Assembly: GCA_017516925.1 (NCBI GenBank)
Contig: JAFXAQ010000043.1
Location: 242-64,241 of the forward strand
Length of the DNA stretch: 64,000 bases
Reading direction: 5' to 3'
Source of the DNA: Oscillospiraceae bacterium
Lineage (GTDB): Bacteria > Bacillota > Clostridia > Oscillospirales > Oscillospiraceae
A model generated the notes under the pieces. The model was not told the DNA's origin and made no database searches. It saw only the letters and a list, made by a program, of their open reading frames with translations. A program made the translations under genes and the position numbers. Below, in pieces: positions 23,380 through 32,010 of the stretch (the first letter of the stretch is position 1; the number at the start of each line of letters is the position of its first letter).

Positions 23380-23918
23380 GAGTGATATCCGGCACAGCAA
23401 GAGGGGTGGTGCTGAAAACACCTGAGGGTTTTGCTACAAGACCTACTGCTGATCGAGTAAAGGAAGCGCTATTTAGCATCATACAGTTTGACCTTCCCGG
23501 TGCTTCGGTATTGGATTTGTTTGGTGGAACCGGTCAGTTGGGAATTGAAGCCCTCAGTCGTGGAGCCAAAAATGCTGTTTTTGTCGACGAAAGGGGTGAT
23601 GCCTGCAGACTTATCAAGGAGAACCTGAAACGTACAAATTTCCAGGAACTGTCCAGAGTTTACCGAAGTGATTATGCAGCTTATTTGAAAAAATGCACTG
23701 AAAAATACGACATTGTCTTTCTAGATCCGCCATATGCAGAAGTTTTTTTAGAAAATTCATTAAATTTGATAACAGAAATTGACATTTTGCAATCTGGTGG
23801 TATAATAGTAACAGAACGCCCGCTTGGGAAGGAGTTGCTGTGCAGTTTTCCGGATCTGGAGCGTTCCAAGGATTACAAATATGGAAAGACACTGCTTACA
23901 CTTTATCGCAAGCGGTGA
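23376..23918 (+). CDS. rsmD: 16S rRNA m2G966 methyltransferase
   Basis: RPTADRVKEALF, LDLFGGTG, DPPY. Confidence 0.94.
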   Translation: MRVISGTARGVVLKTPEGFATRPTADRVKEALFSIIQFDLPGASVLDLFGGTGQLGIEALSRGAKNAVFVDERGDACRLIKENLKRTNFQELSRVYRSDYAAYLKKCTEKYDIVFLDPPYAEVFLENSLNLITEIDILQSGGIIVTERPLGKELLCSFPDLERSKDYKYGKTLLTLYRKR

Positions 23919-23936
23919 CGGTCAAGGAAGGGTTTT

Positions 23937-24440
23937 ATGAAGATTGCCATTTATCCCGGAAGCTTTGACCCGATTACAAGCGGACACCTGAATATTATCC
24001 AGCGTGCAGCCAATATATTTGACCGTTTGATTGTGTGCGTTATGGTTAATCATGCGAAATCACCAATGTTTACCCGAGAAGAGAGGGTGGATATGATTAA
24101 GCGTGTGGTTGGGGATATCCCAAATGTAGAGGTTGATTCGTCCGACGAGCTTCTTGCTGAATATGCAAAGCGTAAGGGGAGCTGTGTAATTATCAAAGGT
24201 CTTCGCGCAGGTTCTGATTTTGAGAATGAATTTCAGATGGCGTTAATTAACCGTAAAATTAACCCAACGCTGGATACTATGTTTTTATCGTCAGAACACC
24301 AATATATGTATTTAAGTTCCAGCACGGTGAAGGAATTGGGCGGCTATGATGTTGACCTTTCCGACTTCTTGCCGGAGCAAATTATTCCGGATTTTAAGCA
24401 GCGGGTTGCTGTAAAAAACCAAGGAGGAAATAGAAAATGA
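23937..24440 (+). CDS. coaD: phosphopantetheine adenylyltransferase
   Basis: YPGSFDPITSGH, SSSTVKE. Confidence 0.96.
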   Translation: MKIAIYPGSFDPITSGHLNIIQRAANIFDRLIVCVMVNHAKSPMFTREERVDMIKRVVGDIPNVEVDSSDELLAEYAKRKGSCVIIKGLRAGSDFENEFQMALINRKINPTLDTMFLSSEHQYMYLSSSTVKELGGYDVDLSDFLPEQIIPDFKQRVAVKNQGGNRK

Positions 24441-24943
24441 ACGAGCAAAATATCGAAGATATCATTTCCGCGTTGTATGACATGGTGCAGGATGCCAGAG
24501 CGTTGCCTTTGGGCGCCGACAAGTGTATTGTTGAGCGTGACAAGGTCTTGGATATGCTGGACGAAGTTATTGCACATTTGCCTGTCGAGCTGAAGCAGGC
24601 ACGCACGATTGTAGAATCCCGTAACGAGTTGATCGGTCAGGCTCGCCGTGAGGCAGAAGCGCTGATTCGTCAGGCTCAGGAAAAGGCTGATAAGCTTGTA
24701 GAAGAAGAAGCTATTTATCAGGAAGCCAAGCGTCAGTGTCAGGAGATGGTGCTGCAGACGCAGAATCGTATGGCTGAGCTTCGTAAGGTCAGCAATGACT
24801 ATATGGATGATGCCCTGCGCCGTACGGAAGAGGCAATTGCCTTGTCCCTGGAGGATGTTCGGGATACCCGCACGAAGTTCAAGGCACTGATTGAGAACCA
24901 GGAAAAGAAAGCAAACGCTGTAGCGATGGATGTTGAAGCGTAA
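24437..24943 (+). CDS. conserved coiled-coil protein (DivIVA-like/ATP synthase subunit B-like) downstream of coaD
   Basis: LPVELKQA motif, heptad repeats, position after coaD. Confidence 0.75.
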   Translation: MNEQNIEDIISALYDMVQDARALPLGADKCIVERDKVLDMLDEVIAHLPVELKQARTIVESRNELIGQARREAEALIRQAQEKADKLVEEEAIYQEAKRQCQEMVLQTQNRMAELRKVSNDYMDDALRRTEEAIALSLEDVRDTRTKFKALIENQEKKANAVAMDVEA

Positions 24944-25003
24944 TTTACAGAAAAACAGCTCAAATATTTTTTGGGCTGTTTTTTGAATCGCAGGGAGGTA
25001 TTT

Positions 25004-26698
25004 ATGGATTATTTAAAGACGTATGAATTTTGGTGTCAGGCTGATTTGCCGGAGGATGTTCGCCTTGAACTGGCTGAGATTGCAAACGAGACGGATGAAC
25101 TGAAGGCTCGTTTTGGCAGTGAATTGCAATTTGGAACCGCCGGTATGCGAGGAATAATGGGTGTCGGCAGTAATCGACTGAATTATTATACTGTCCGCAG
25201 AGCTGCTCAGGGCATGGCTGGTTGGCTGTCTTCTACTGAACTGCCGCAAAAGGCTGCCATTGGCTATGATTCTCGCCATAATTCTCAGCTTTTTGCTGAG
25301 GCATGTGCTGTAGCTTTTGCGGAGGCTGGTATTCACACCTATCTGTTTGACCGTTTGGCGCCGACGCCTATGTTGTCATACGCAGTACGTGAGCTTAAGT
25401 GTGGTTGCGGTATTGTTATTTCTGCCAGCCATAATGCAGGTGCGTATAATGGAGTTAAGTGTTACGGCCCCGATGGCTGTCAAATGACAGATGAACCTGC
25501 AGCAGTTGTTACTGAGAAAATCAGTCATATTCCGTATTTCATGCCGGAAACAAAAACCTTTTCTTCGTTTATGCAGGAGGGCCTGATTTCCTACATCAAT
25601 CAGGATTTGTGGGAAGCGTATTATCAAACTGTTTTAAATGAGATGGTTTCCCCTGAGCGAATCAAGCAGTCTGGTTTGAATATCGTGTATACGCCGCTTT
25701 GCGGCACGGGTAATGAACCTGTTCGTGAGGTGCTTGGCAGACTTGGCGTAAACATCGCTGTTGTGGAGTGTCAGGAGCAGCCTGACGGCGACTTTAAGAC
25801 CTGCGAATATCCGAACCCTGAAACGGATGCGGCGCTGAATGAAAGCTATAAGGTGGCACGCACTGTGCCTTGTGATGTTATTCTTGGCACAGACCCGGAT
25901 TGTGACCGCCTTGCAATTGCAGTGCCCGATGGAGATGGCTTTCGGAAGTTATCCGGTAATGAACTTGGTTTCCTTTTGCTGGATTATGTTTTGAAAGCGA
26001 GATCTGAGAAAAAGGATATCCCGGATGGCGCAATTGCTGTACGCAGCATTGTGTCGTCACCTCTTGCGGACCGGGTTGCTGAGCATTATGGTGTAACTAT
26101 GAAAGCTGTGCTGACCGGCTTTAAATATATTGGCGGTGAAATTCTTGCGCTTGAAGAGCTTGGTCAGGCAAACAGGTTTGTTTTTGGCTTCGAGGAAAGC
26201 TGTGGATATTTGAAAGGAACCTATGCAAGAGACAAGGATGCGGTGATTGCTTCAGCACTGGTCTGTGAGCTGGCTGCTTCTTTGAAGATTGAAGGGATGT
26301 CAATATTAGATGCTCTGGAAAACCTCTATAAGACGTACGGTTACTATCTGTCGTTTGTGCAGAGCGTTGAACTTACCGGTGCAGATGCAATGGAAAAAGC
26401 AGCCAAAATGATGACTGATCTGCGTCAAAACATCCCGGAACAAATTGGCGGCGCTAAGGTTGTTGGCGTTCGTGACTATAGAACCGGTATAGCAAAAAAT
26501 TTGAATAATGGTAAAGAAACAAAAATTGAACTTCCCAAATCCAATGTTCTGGAGTTTTTACTGGGTGAGCAGGGAAGCGTTATTGTCAGACCTTCCGGCA
26601 CCGAACCAAAGGTGAAATTCTATTACACAGCAATCGGCGAAACAAAGGACAGCGCTCAATTGCTGCTGGACAAAATGGTTGCACAAATGTCAATATAA
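25004..26698 (+). CDS. phosphoglucomutase/phosphomannomutase
   Basis: FGTAGMRG, SASHN, DPDCDR, FEES, RPSGTEPK. Confidence 0.95.
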   Translation: MDYLKTYEFWCQADLPEDVRLELAEIANETDELKARFGSELQFGTAGMRGIMGVGSNRLNYYTVRRAAQGMAGWLSSTELPQKAAIGYDSRHNSQLFAEACAVAFAEAGIHTYLFDRLAPTPMLSYAVRELKCGCGIVISASHNAGAYNGVKCYGPDGCQMTDEPAAVVTEKISHIPYFMPETKTFSSFMQEGLISYINQDLWEAYYQTVLNEMVSPERIKQSGLNIVYTPLCGTGNEPVREVLGRLGVNIAVVECQEQPDGDFKTCEYPNPETDAALNESYKVARTVPCDVILGTDPDCDRLAIAVPDGDGFRKLSGNELGFLLLDYVLKARSEKKDIPDGAIAVRSIVSSPLADRVAEHYGVTMKAVLTGFKYIGGEILALEELGQANRFVFGFEESCGYLKGTYARDKDAVIASALVCELAASLKIEGMSILDALENLYKTYGYYLSFVQSVELTGADAMEKAAKMMTDLRQNIPEQIGGAKVVGVRDYRTGIAKNLNNGKETKIELPKSNVLEFLLGEQGSVIVRPSGTEPKVKFYYTAIGETKDSAQLLLDKMVAQMSI

Positions 26699-26707
26699 GT
26701 CCCACCT

Positions 26708-26747
26708 AAAATACCTGAGATCAGTTGACGGTCTCAGGTATTTTTTT
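26708..26747 (+). terminator. intrinsic terminator
   Basis: AAAATACCTGAGA...TCTCAGGTATTTTTTT. Confidence 0.8.
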
Positions 26748-26787
26748 GCTTTTATAGAATACTATGAAGTAAAAGGGAGGGTTCAAA

Positions 26788-27207
26788 ATGAAGCAAACAA
26801 AATCTGTAGATAGAATTTCACTGTTGCCGATTGCTATCGGTACGAGTATCGCCTGCGTGTTTTCTTTTGCGGCAGTTTTTCTTGGTGCGCTACTGATCAG
26901 TAAGGAATATGTAGGGGAGGGCGGTAGTATATTTTTTCAAATAATTGTATATTTTCTGTCTGGTCTGTTAGGTAGCTTTGTGACGGGAAGATTTACCGCA
27001 ACGAATAAACTCGTTGCTTGCGGTATAACGGTAATTGCGTATTGTGCAATCCTGCTTGGTTCAGCCAGTTTGTTTTTTGAAGGCATTTCTCCCAGATTTT
27101 GGATAATCATAGTTGCTGTGCTTTTGGCATTTTCGGTGACAATGTTGTGGGCGTTAAAACCTCGTACAGCCAGGAGTAGTGCAAGACGCAAAATTGCCCG
27201 TCGGTAA
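26788..27207 (+). CDS. four-TM membrane protein (TIGR04086-like)
   Basis: four hydrophobic segments, basic C-tail, GGGAGG RBS. Confidence 0.7.
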   Translation: MKQTKSVDRISLLPIAIGTSIACVFSFAAVFLGALLISKEYVGEGGSIFFQIIVYFLSGLLGSFVTGRFTATNKLVACGITVIAYCAILLGSASLFFEGISPRFWIIIVAVLLAFSVTMLWALKPRTARSSARRKIARR

Positions 27208-27544
27208 TTTGTGCAAAACCACGAAGTGGTAGGGTGGCGCTGAAAATTTGGTAAAATGCCACAAAGAGGATGAGGAACAATATGTGGTATGCCATTTTGA
27301 TTAATTTAACTACATCTTGTTTAGATGTAAATTTTGTCCATATTAGTAAAGTGTGTTAACATAACATTGTTAACATAAAAATGTGCACAATCCACAAAAA
27401 ACGTAATTTTATCCATTTATTGCTTGCATTTCTTAGGGTTTTGGTGTATAGTAATCAAGCATATGTTATATCTGCAAATTTGTGCATATGGCTTTTTTGA
27501 TTAACTTTAGCACCGCTTTTGCTGTTTTACTATGGAGGTTTTCG

Positions 27545-28063
27545 GTGTCTATTGTTATTCATCGTTTTCATAAGCACAGGAGAAATGTTTTCGGTATTTC
27601 CCTTGCTTGGATTTTTGGACTGCTTGCTGGTCTGCTTGTTGCATTACGAACCGTTACTATACATAACACTTGGACGCGCTCGCTTCAACAAAGCGAATTG
27701 TCGGTCGTTGGTTTTCTTGCAACGCTTATCTTTCCTTATTTTTTGTCTGCTATCCTGTTTAAGGTGTCGTTGTGGGAGATGATACTTCCGCTGATATTTT
27801 TAAAGGCTTTTAGCTACAGTTGGTGCGCCACTTCGATTGTATGTATGTTTGGTCATTCCGGATGGCTGTTTCGGCTATTGCTGCTTTTCTCCGATTCCTT
27901 AAGCGTTTCGTGTTTGCTTTGGTTTTGGATACGGAATTATAGCGGCAATTCTGTTAGCGGTTGGCGCGATCTGCTCCTTTGTTTTTGTTTGGTGCTGGCA
28001 TTGGGGTGTTTTGATTGTTGCCTGATTTCCCCCTTTGCGGGTTATCTTTTGTTATATTATTAA
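27545..28063 (+). CDS. membrane protein, possibly divergent SpoIIM-like
   Basis: multi-TM; GGAGG RBS with GTG start; sits immediately before xerD as spoIIM does in Firmicutes. Confidence 0.5.
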   Translation: MSIVIHRFHKHRRNVFGISLAWIFGLLAGLLVALRTVTIHNTWTRSLQQSELSVVGFLATLIFPYFLSAILFKVSLWEMILPLIFLKAFSYSWCATSIVCMFGHSGWLFRLLLLFSDSLSVSCLLWFWIRNYSGNSVSGWRDLLLCFCLVLALGCFDCCLISPFAGYLLLYY

Positions 28064-28081
28064 GAAAGGGTAAGCGTTCTT

Positions 28082-28966
28082 ATGTTGGATTTAATTCGGG
28101 CCTACGAAAATTATCTTTCGAAGGTAAAACAGGCATCATCCAACACAATCATCTCGTACATACGCGATATTCGTCAGTTTTCGCAGTGGCTGTATCGAAC
28201 CGAGGGGTTGGACGTGATTGATGCGCAACAACTGAATATTTCCAATTTCCTCGGCTATCTGGAGGAGCAGGGACGGACAGGTGCGACAATTTCCAGAACC
28301 CTTGCCAGTCTTAAGAATTTTTATGCTTATGTAGTTTCGTCCGGCTTTCTGGAGAAAACACCTGTAACGGATATCCATATTGACAGGGGAGAGAAGAAGC
28401 TTCCGCAGGTGCTTACCGGACGCGAGATTGAGCTGCTTCTTGCGCAGCCTGTTTGTGTTGATGCAAAGGGATATCGAGACAAGGCAATGCTGGAGCTTAT
28501 GTATGCTACAGGTATTCGTGTCAGCGAACTAATTGAGCTGGACATCGGCGATGTTAATCTGGAGCAGGGTATTATTAAGTGCAACAGTGACAAGAAGACG
28601 AGAATCATACCGCTTTATCCGGCAGCGCTTAAGGCGTTAAGCGCATATATAAAGGATGTTCGACGCGGGATGCTTGCTACAGCAGATGAGCAGGCCTTGT
28701 TTGTGAATATTAATGGTGTGCGAATGAGCCGTCAGGGCTTCTGGAAAATCCTGAAATATTACCAGCAGTCTGCGCACATTGATAAGGAAATCACGCCGCA
28801 CACGCTGCGACACAGCTTTGCTGTACACCTCCTGGAAAATGGTGCCGACTTAGGCTCTCTGCAGGAATTGATGGGGCACAGAGATATTTCTTCCACGCAA
28901 ATGTACACCCATCTTATAAATCAAAAAATTAAATCTGTATATGAAAAATGCCACCCTAAGGCATAA
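28082..28966 (+). CDS. xerD: tyrosine recombinase XerD/RipX-like
   Basis: RDKAMLELMYATGIRVSEL, SRQGFWK, HTLRHSFAVH, MGH, TQMY. Confidence 0.88.
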   Translation: MLDLIRAYENYLSKVKQASSNTIISYIRDIRQFSQWLYRTEGLDVIDAQQLNISNFLGYLEEQGRTGATISRTLASLKNFYAYVVSSGFLEKTPVTDIHIDRGEKKLPQVLTGREIELLLAQPVCVDAKGYRDKAMLELMYATGIRVSELIELDIGDVNLEQGIIKCNSDKKTRIIPLYPAALKALSAYIKDVRRGMLATADEQALFVNINGVRMSRQGFWKILKYYQQSAHIDKEITPHTLRHSFAVHLLENGADLGSLQELMGHRDISSTQMYTHLINQKIKSVYEKCHPKA

Positions 28967-29005
28967 AAAAGACTATCGCTTCCTTGGAAACGATAGTCTT
29001 TTTTA
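28965..29005. terminator. bidirectional terminator between xerD and pfkA
   Basis: AAAAAAGACTATCG...CGATAGTCTTTTTT. Confidence 0.85.
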
Positions 29006-29977
29006 TTAAATTCCGGTCATGGCCGCCAGGACATCAACCTCGATTGGCTGAATTCCCCGAGCCATAGCCAAACCCTCCTGAATGTCAACATCACGGAAGC
29101 TGCCATCCTTTGTGCAGATAATCCGGTTCGTCTTTCCGTTAATCAGCATTTCAACGGCCAGATATCCCATCTTGGTTGCATTGACACGGTCTCGTCCGGT
29201 AGGGCAACCGCCACGTTGAATATGCCCCAGAACGGTAACCCGGGGGTCCAGGTCTACGGCGTCTTTAATTTTCGCTGCGATGTCAGCGGCAGAGCCGGCG
29301 CCTTCAGCAACCACAATCATATAATGCGTAAAGCCGTTCATTCTTGCCTGGCGGATTTTTTCCACCACATCTTCTTCAAAATCGATTTCCTTTTCGGGCA
29401 CCAGTACAGCCGTTGCGCCGACAGCCAAGCCAACATACATTGCTAAGTAACCGGCATTTCTACCCATTACCTCAACAACAGAGCAGCGCTCATGGGATTG
29501 CATTGTGTCTCTGAGCTTGTCAATGCATTCTATTGCTGTGTTTGCTGCGGTATCAAAGCCGATGGAATAGTTGGTACAGCAAATATCGTTGTCAATCGTA
29601 GCGGGAATACAAATGACATTGATACCAAATTTGGATAGGGCAGCCGCGCCACGAAAAGTGCCATCGCCACCGATGGCAACAATTCCGTCTAAACCAAGAA
29701 ATTTGCAAGTAGATGCAGCCCGTTGCTGACCTTCCTCGGTTAAGAATTCTTTACTTCTGGCGGTGTACAGAATTGTGCCGCCACGGTTAATAATGTGACT
29801 GATATTTTTCTCGTCCAGCCTAAGTACATCTCCGGTAATCAAACCATTGTATCCGCGCCGGATACCGTAGCACTCGATACCATGATACAGTGCGGTACGC
29901 ACAACAGAACGTACACAAGGGTTCATGCCGGGGGAGTCACCACCACTTGTTAAAACACCAATTCGACGAACAGACAT
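29006..29977 (-). CDS. pfkA: 6-phosphofructokinase
   Basis: TSGGDSPGMN, GGDGT, TIDND, EVMGR, LGHIQRGG. Confidence 0.97.
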   Translation of the reverse strand: MSVRRIGVLTSGGDSPGMNPCVRSVVRTALYHGIECYGIRRGYNGLITGDVLRLDEKNISHIINRGGTILYTARSKEFLTEEGQQRAASTCKFLGLDGIVAIGGDGTFRGAAALSKFGINVICIPATIDNDICCTNYSIGFDTAANTAIECIDKLRDTMQSHERCSVVEVMGRNAGYLAMYVGLAVGATAVLVPEKEIDFEEDVVEKIRQARMNGFTHYMIVVAEGAGSAADIAAKIKDAVDLDPRVTVLGHIQRGGCPTGRDRVNATKMGYLAVEMLINGKTNRIICTKDGSFRDVDIQEGLAMARGIQPIEVDVLAAMTGI

Positions 29978-30096
29978 AAGAAAGCCTCCAAAAATTATTT
30001 TCTTTTTATATTTTAATGCCTCGATTGGGAATTGTAAAGTGTTATTCACACGAATAATGTGGAAACATTCAATTATAACAACACATCCTGCACGCA

Positions 30097-30126
30097 AACG
30101 TAGCAAAACCATTATTTTGTTGCCGA
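30097..30126. other. dif-like site a / left attachment junction
   Basis: AACGTAGCAAAA-CCATTA-TTTTGTTGCCGA; contains the 17-bp direct repeat CAAAACCATTATTTTGT also at 33708-33724. Confidence 0.7.
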
Positions 30127-30200
30127 GCCAATCTGCCGAGGGGTAGAAGGCTTGGAAAGTTCACTCGGCAAACCTGCCGATTTTTTCTTTGAACAAAACG

Positions 30201-30233
30201 AACGCAACAAAATGACAGAGGTTTTGTTGCGTT
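30201..30233. repeat. dif-like palindrome b
   Basis: AACGCAACAAAA-TGACAGAGG-TTTTGTTGCGTT, perfect 12-bp arms, 9-nt spacer. Confidence 0.8.
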
Positions 30234-30291
30234 AGTGGGTGTTCACAATAAAGCGGGACGGATATGACGAATATCAACCGTCCCGAGGCAT

Positions 30292-30385
30292 AAAAAAACC
30301 CTCGGGATTTCTCCCGAGGGTTTCTAGCTGGCCTTTGGACACCCGCCAGGGTGGAGCGCTTGCGCGCCCAGGCAAACAGCCCCGC
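30292..30385 (-). ncRNA. candidate ~95-nt structured small RNA
   Basis: TTGACA-17-TAGAAT promoter at 30420-30392 (minus strand) and terminator AAACCCTCGGGA-GAAA-TCCCGAGGGTTTTTTT; no RBS-led ORF between them. Confidence 0.55.
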
Positions 30386-30416
30386 ACAACTATTCTAGCG
30401 CAAATGTTCGGAAATG

Positions 30417-30716
30417 TCAAGCGGGATTATCCCGCTTGCTTTCCACGCGCTGCAGCTCGTCAATGAGGGCATCCGGTACTTCAAAAATGAAATCCTCCGG
30501 CTTTTTCCGGACATTCGGAAAACCGCCGGGCGTGCCTTCAAATTCGGCAAATACCTCACGGGTGACCAAATCAACGATTACGCAGGCTTTTGTTTTCGTG
30601 GTGCTTTGCAAAGCCCACAGCTGAAGCAGGGCGCATCCTAATGCGGTCATTGATGTGTCGATTTTTCCGGTTTTCTTACTAAAGCGGACAAGTCCAAATC
30701 TGTGCATGTCGTTCAT
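30417..30716 (-). CDS. hypothetical 99-aa protein of the element
   Basis: GAAAGGAG RBS 10 nt before ATG; globular composition; no recognised family. Confidence 0.7.
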   Translation of the reverse strand: MNDMHRFGLVRFSKKTGKIDTSMTALGCALLQLWALQSTTKTKACVIVDLVTREVFAEFEGTPGGFPNVRKKPEDFIFEVPDALIDELQRVESKRDNPA

Positions 30717-30759
30717 ATTTTGCACGCTCCTTTCTGCCTTGCGGCGTTGACCAATGAGC

Positions 30760-31950
30760 CGGGGAAGTCAAGGCCGCACCATCTTGCCCTTGCTTTATGC
30801 CAGGGCAAGACGGTGCGCCGTCAGGCTTGGCCTTGACCCCCGGATACAATGGGAAGACGCAGGCAGAACACAGACGGCACCAAACTCCGGGGGGGCCGCC
30901 CGCGCAGCGGGTGGGGGCCGCAGCCCCTGTGAAACAGCCCCGCGCTTCCACGGAGCCCCCAGCGGGGGCGGCGGGGACGGGAGGGGCGCAGGGGAGAACG
31001 CCGCCCAGACGGCCGCAGCAGCGCCCACAGAAGCGCTGCGAGCGTGCACGCAGCGCAACAAGAGCTCGGGGGCGGGCGAAAAAAAGCGGGGCTTGCCCCG
31101 CTACGCCCCCGAGCAAGGAGCAGGACACCCCCGAAGCCCACAGGGGCTGGGCAGGGGGGACCCGCCGACAGACGGACTGACCACAGGCGAGCCCGCACGC
31201 AGCAAGGGCAACCGAATAGGGAGCCCGCAGCGCAGAAAGGGCAAGCCAAGGTCACCGGCTGGAGCGAGAGGGGTTCGAGGGCGACGCAGGAGCCCGCAGA
31301 AAATCCCCCGAGCTCTCAAGGCGGGGGGCTGCCCAGAGGGGTGTCGAGGGCTGAAAGCCCGAGCGCAAAGCGCCTGCGGGGCGCTGGGGCTTTTGCGGAC
31401 GCATTCTGCGAGGCAATGCCGAAGCAGAATAAGTGCGGACGCAAAATGCCCCATAAAGGCAGCGAAGCTGCCAAGCGCCAAATACATTCGGGGTTTGGGC
31501 GGTCGCCCAACCAAAGCAAGGCTTGTGGGTGCTGCTTGCGGGCGAAGCTACCGCATTCGCCCGCAAGCAGAGTAAGCCCACGGCTGCCTTGCTTTGGTGC
31601 TATGCACTCTCGATAGCCCACCATAGCTTGGCTGCGGAGTATCTGCAGCCAAGCTATGGTGGTGCGGGCTGACGCACTTGGAAACTGCAACAGGCTACCG
31701 ACTACTGCTTGAGGTATCTACGCGGTATCACTATTTAGCGTCTGCGTTTTTGGTGCGTAGCACCAAAAACACTGACGCCCGATACGCAGAGCATTTGCCC
31801 GCGGAGAATGTGCGGGCAAATGCGACCGCATTTGCGCTGCCGCTGCTGCGAAGGCGGCGTAGCTGCCGCCGCGCAGCGGCAGCGTAGCGAGCTTGCGAGC
31901 GCCCGCTTAAGCGGGCTGCGAAGCAGCGAGCGTAGCGAAGCGAAGCGTTT
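30760..31950. other. GC-rich multi-hairpin non-coding region (candidate single-strand origin / packaging region)
   Basis: many inverted repeats, e.g. 18-bp perfect arms at 31618-31662, also 31790-31823, 31834-31883, 31900-31916; TAGCGA motifs near 31885 and 31933. Confidence 0.55.
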
Positions 31951-31951
31951 T

Positions 31952-31976
31952 GGGGTGCACCCCTATACTTGATATT
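31952..31976 (+). other. candidate double-strand origin (rolling-circle nick site)
   Basis: GGGGTGCACCCC palindrome followed by ACTTGATATT, matching the phiX174/pC194-type CTTG^ATA nick motif, 35 nt before rep. Confidence 0.65.
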
Positions 31977-32010
31977 CGGACATTATTCCTTCACAGCGGG
32001 AATGTGAATA

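Noticed and set aside
30292-30385. tRNA as integration target
   Set aside because: No cloverleaf, T-loop GTTC or CCA end; kept only as a candidate sRNA.
30679-31887. Many overlapping Ala/Arg/Gly/Pro-rich ORFs (up to 273 aa)
   Set aside because: Expected from stop-poor GC-rich palindromic DNA; low-complexity translations without RBS.
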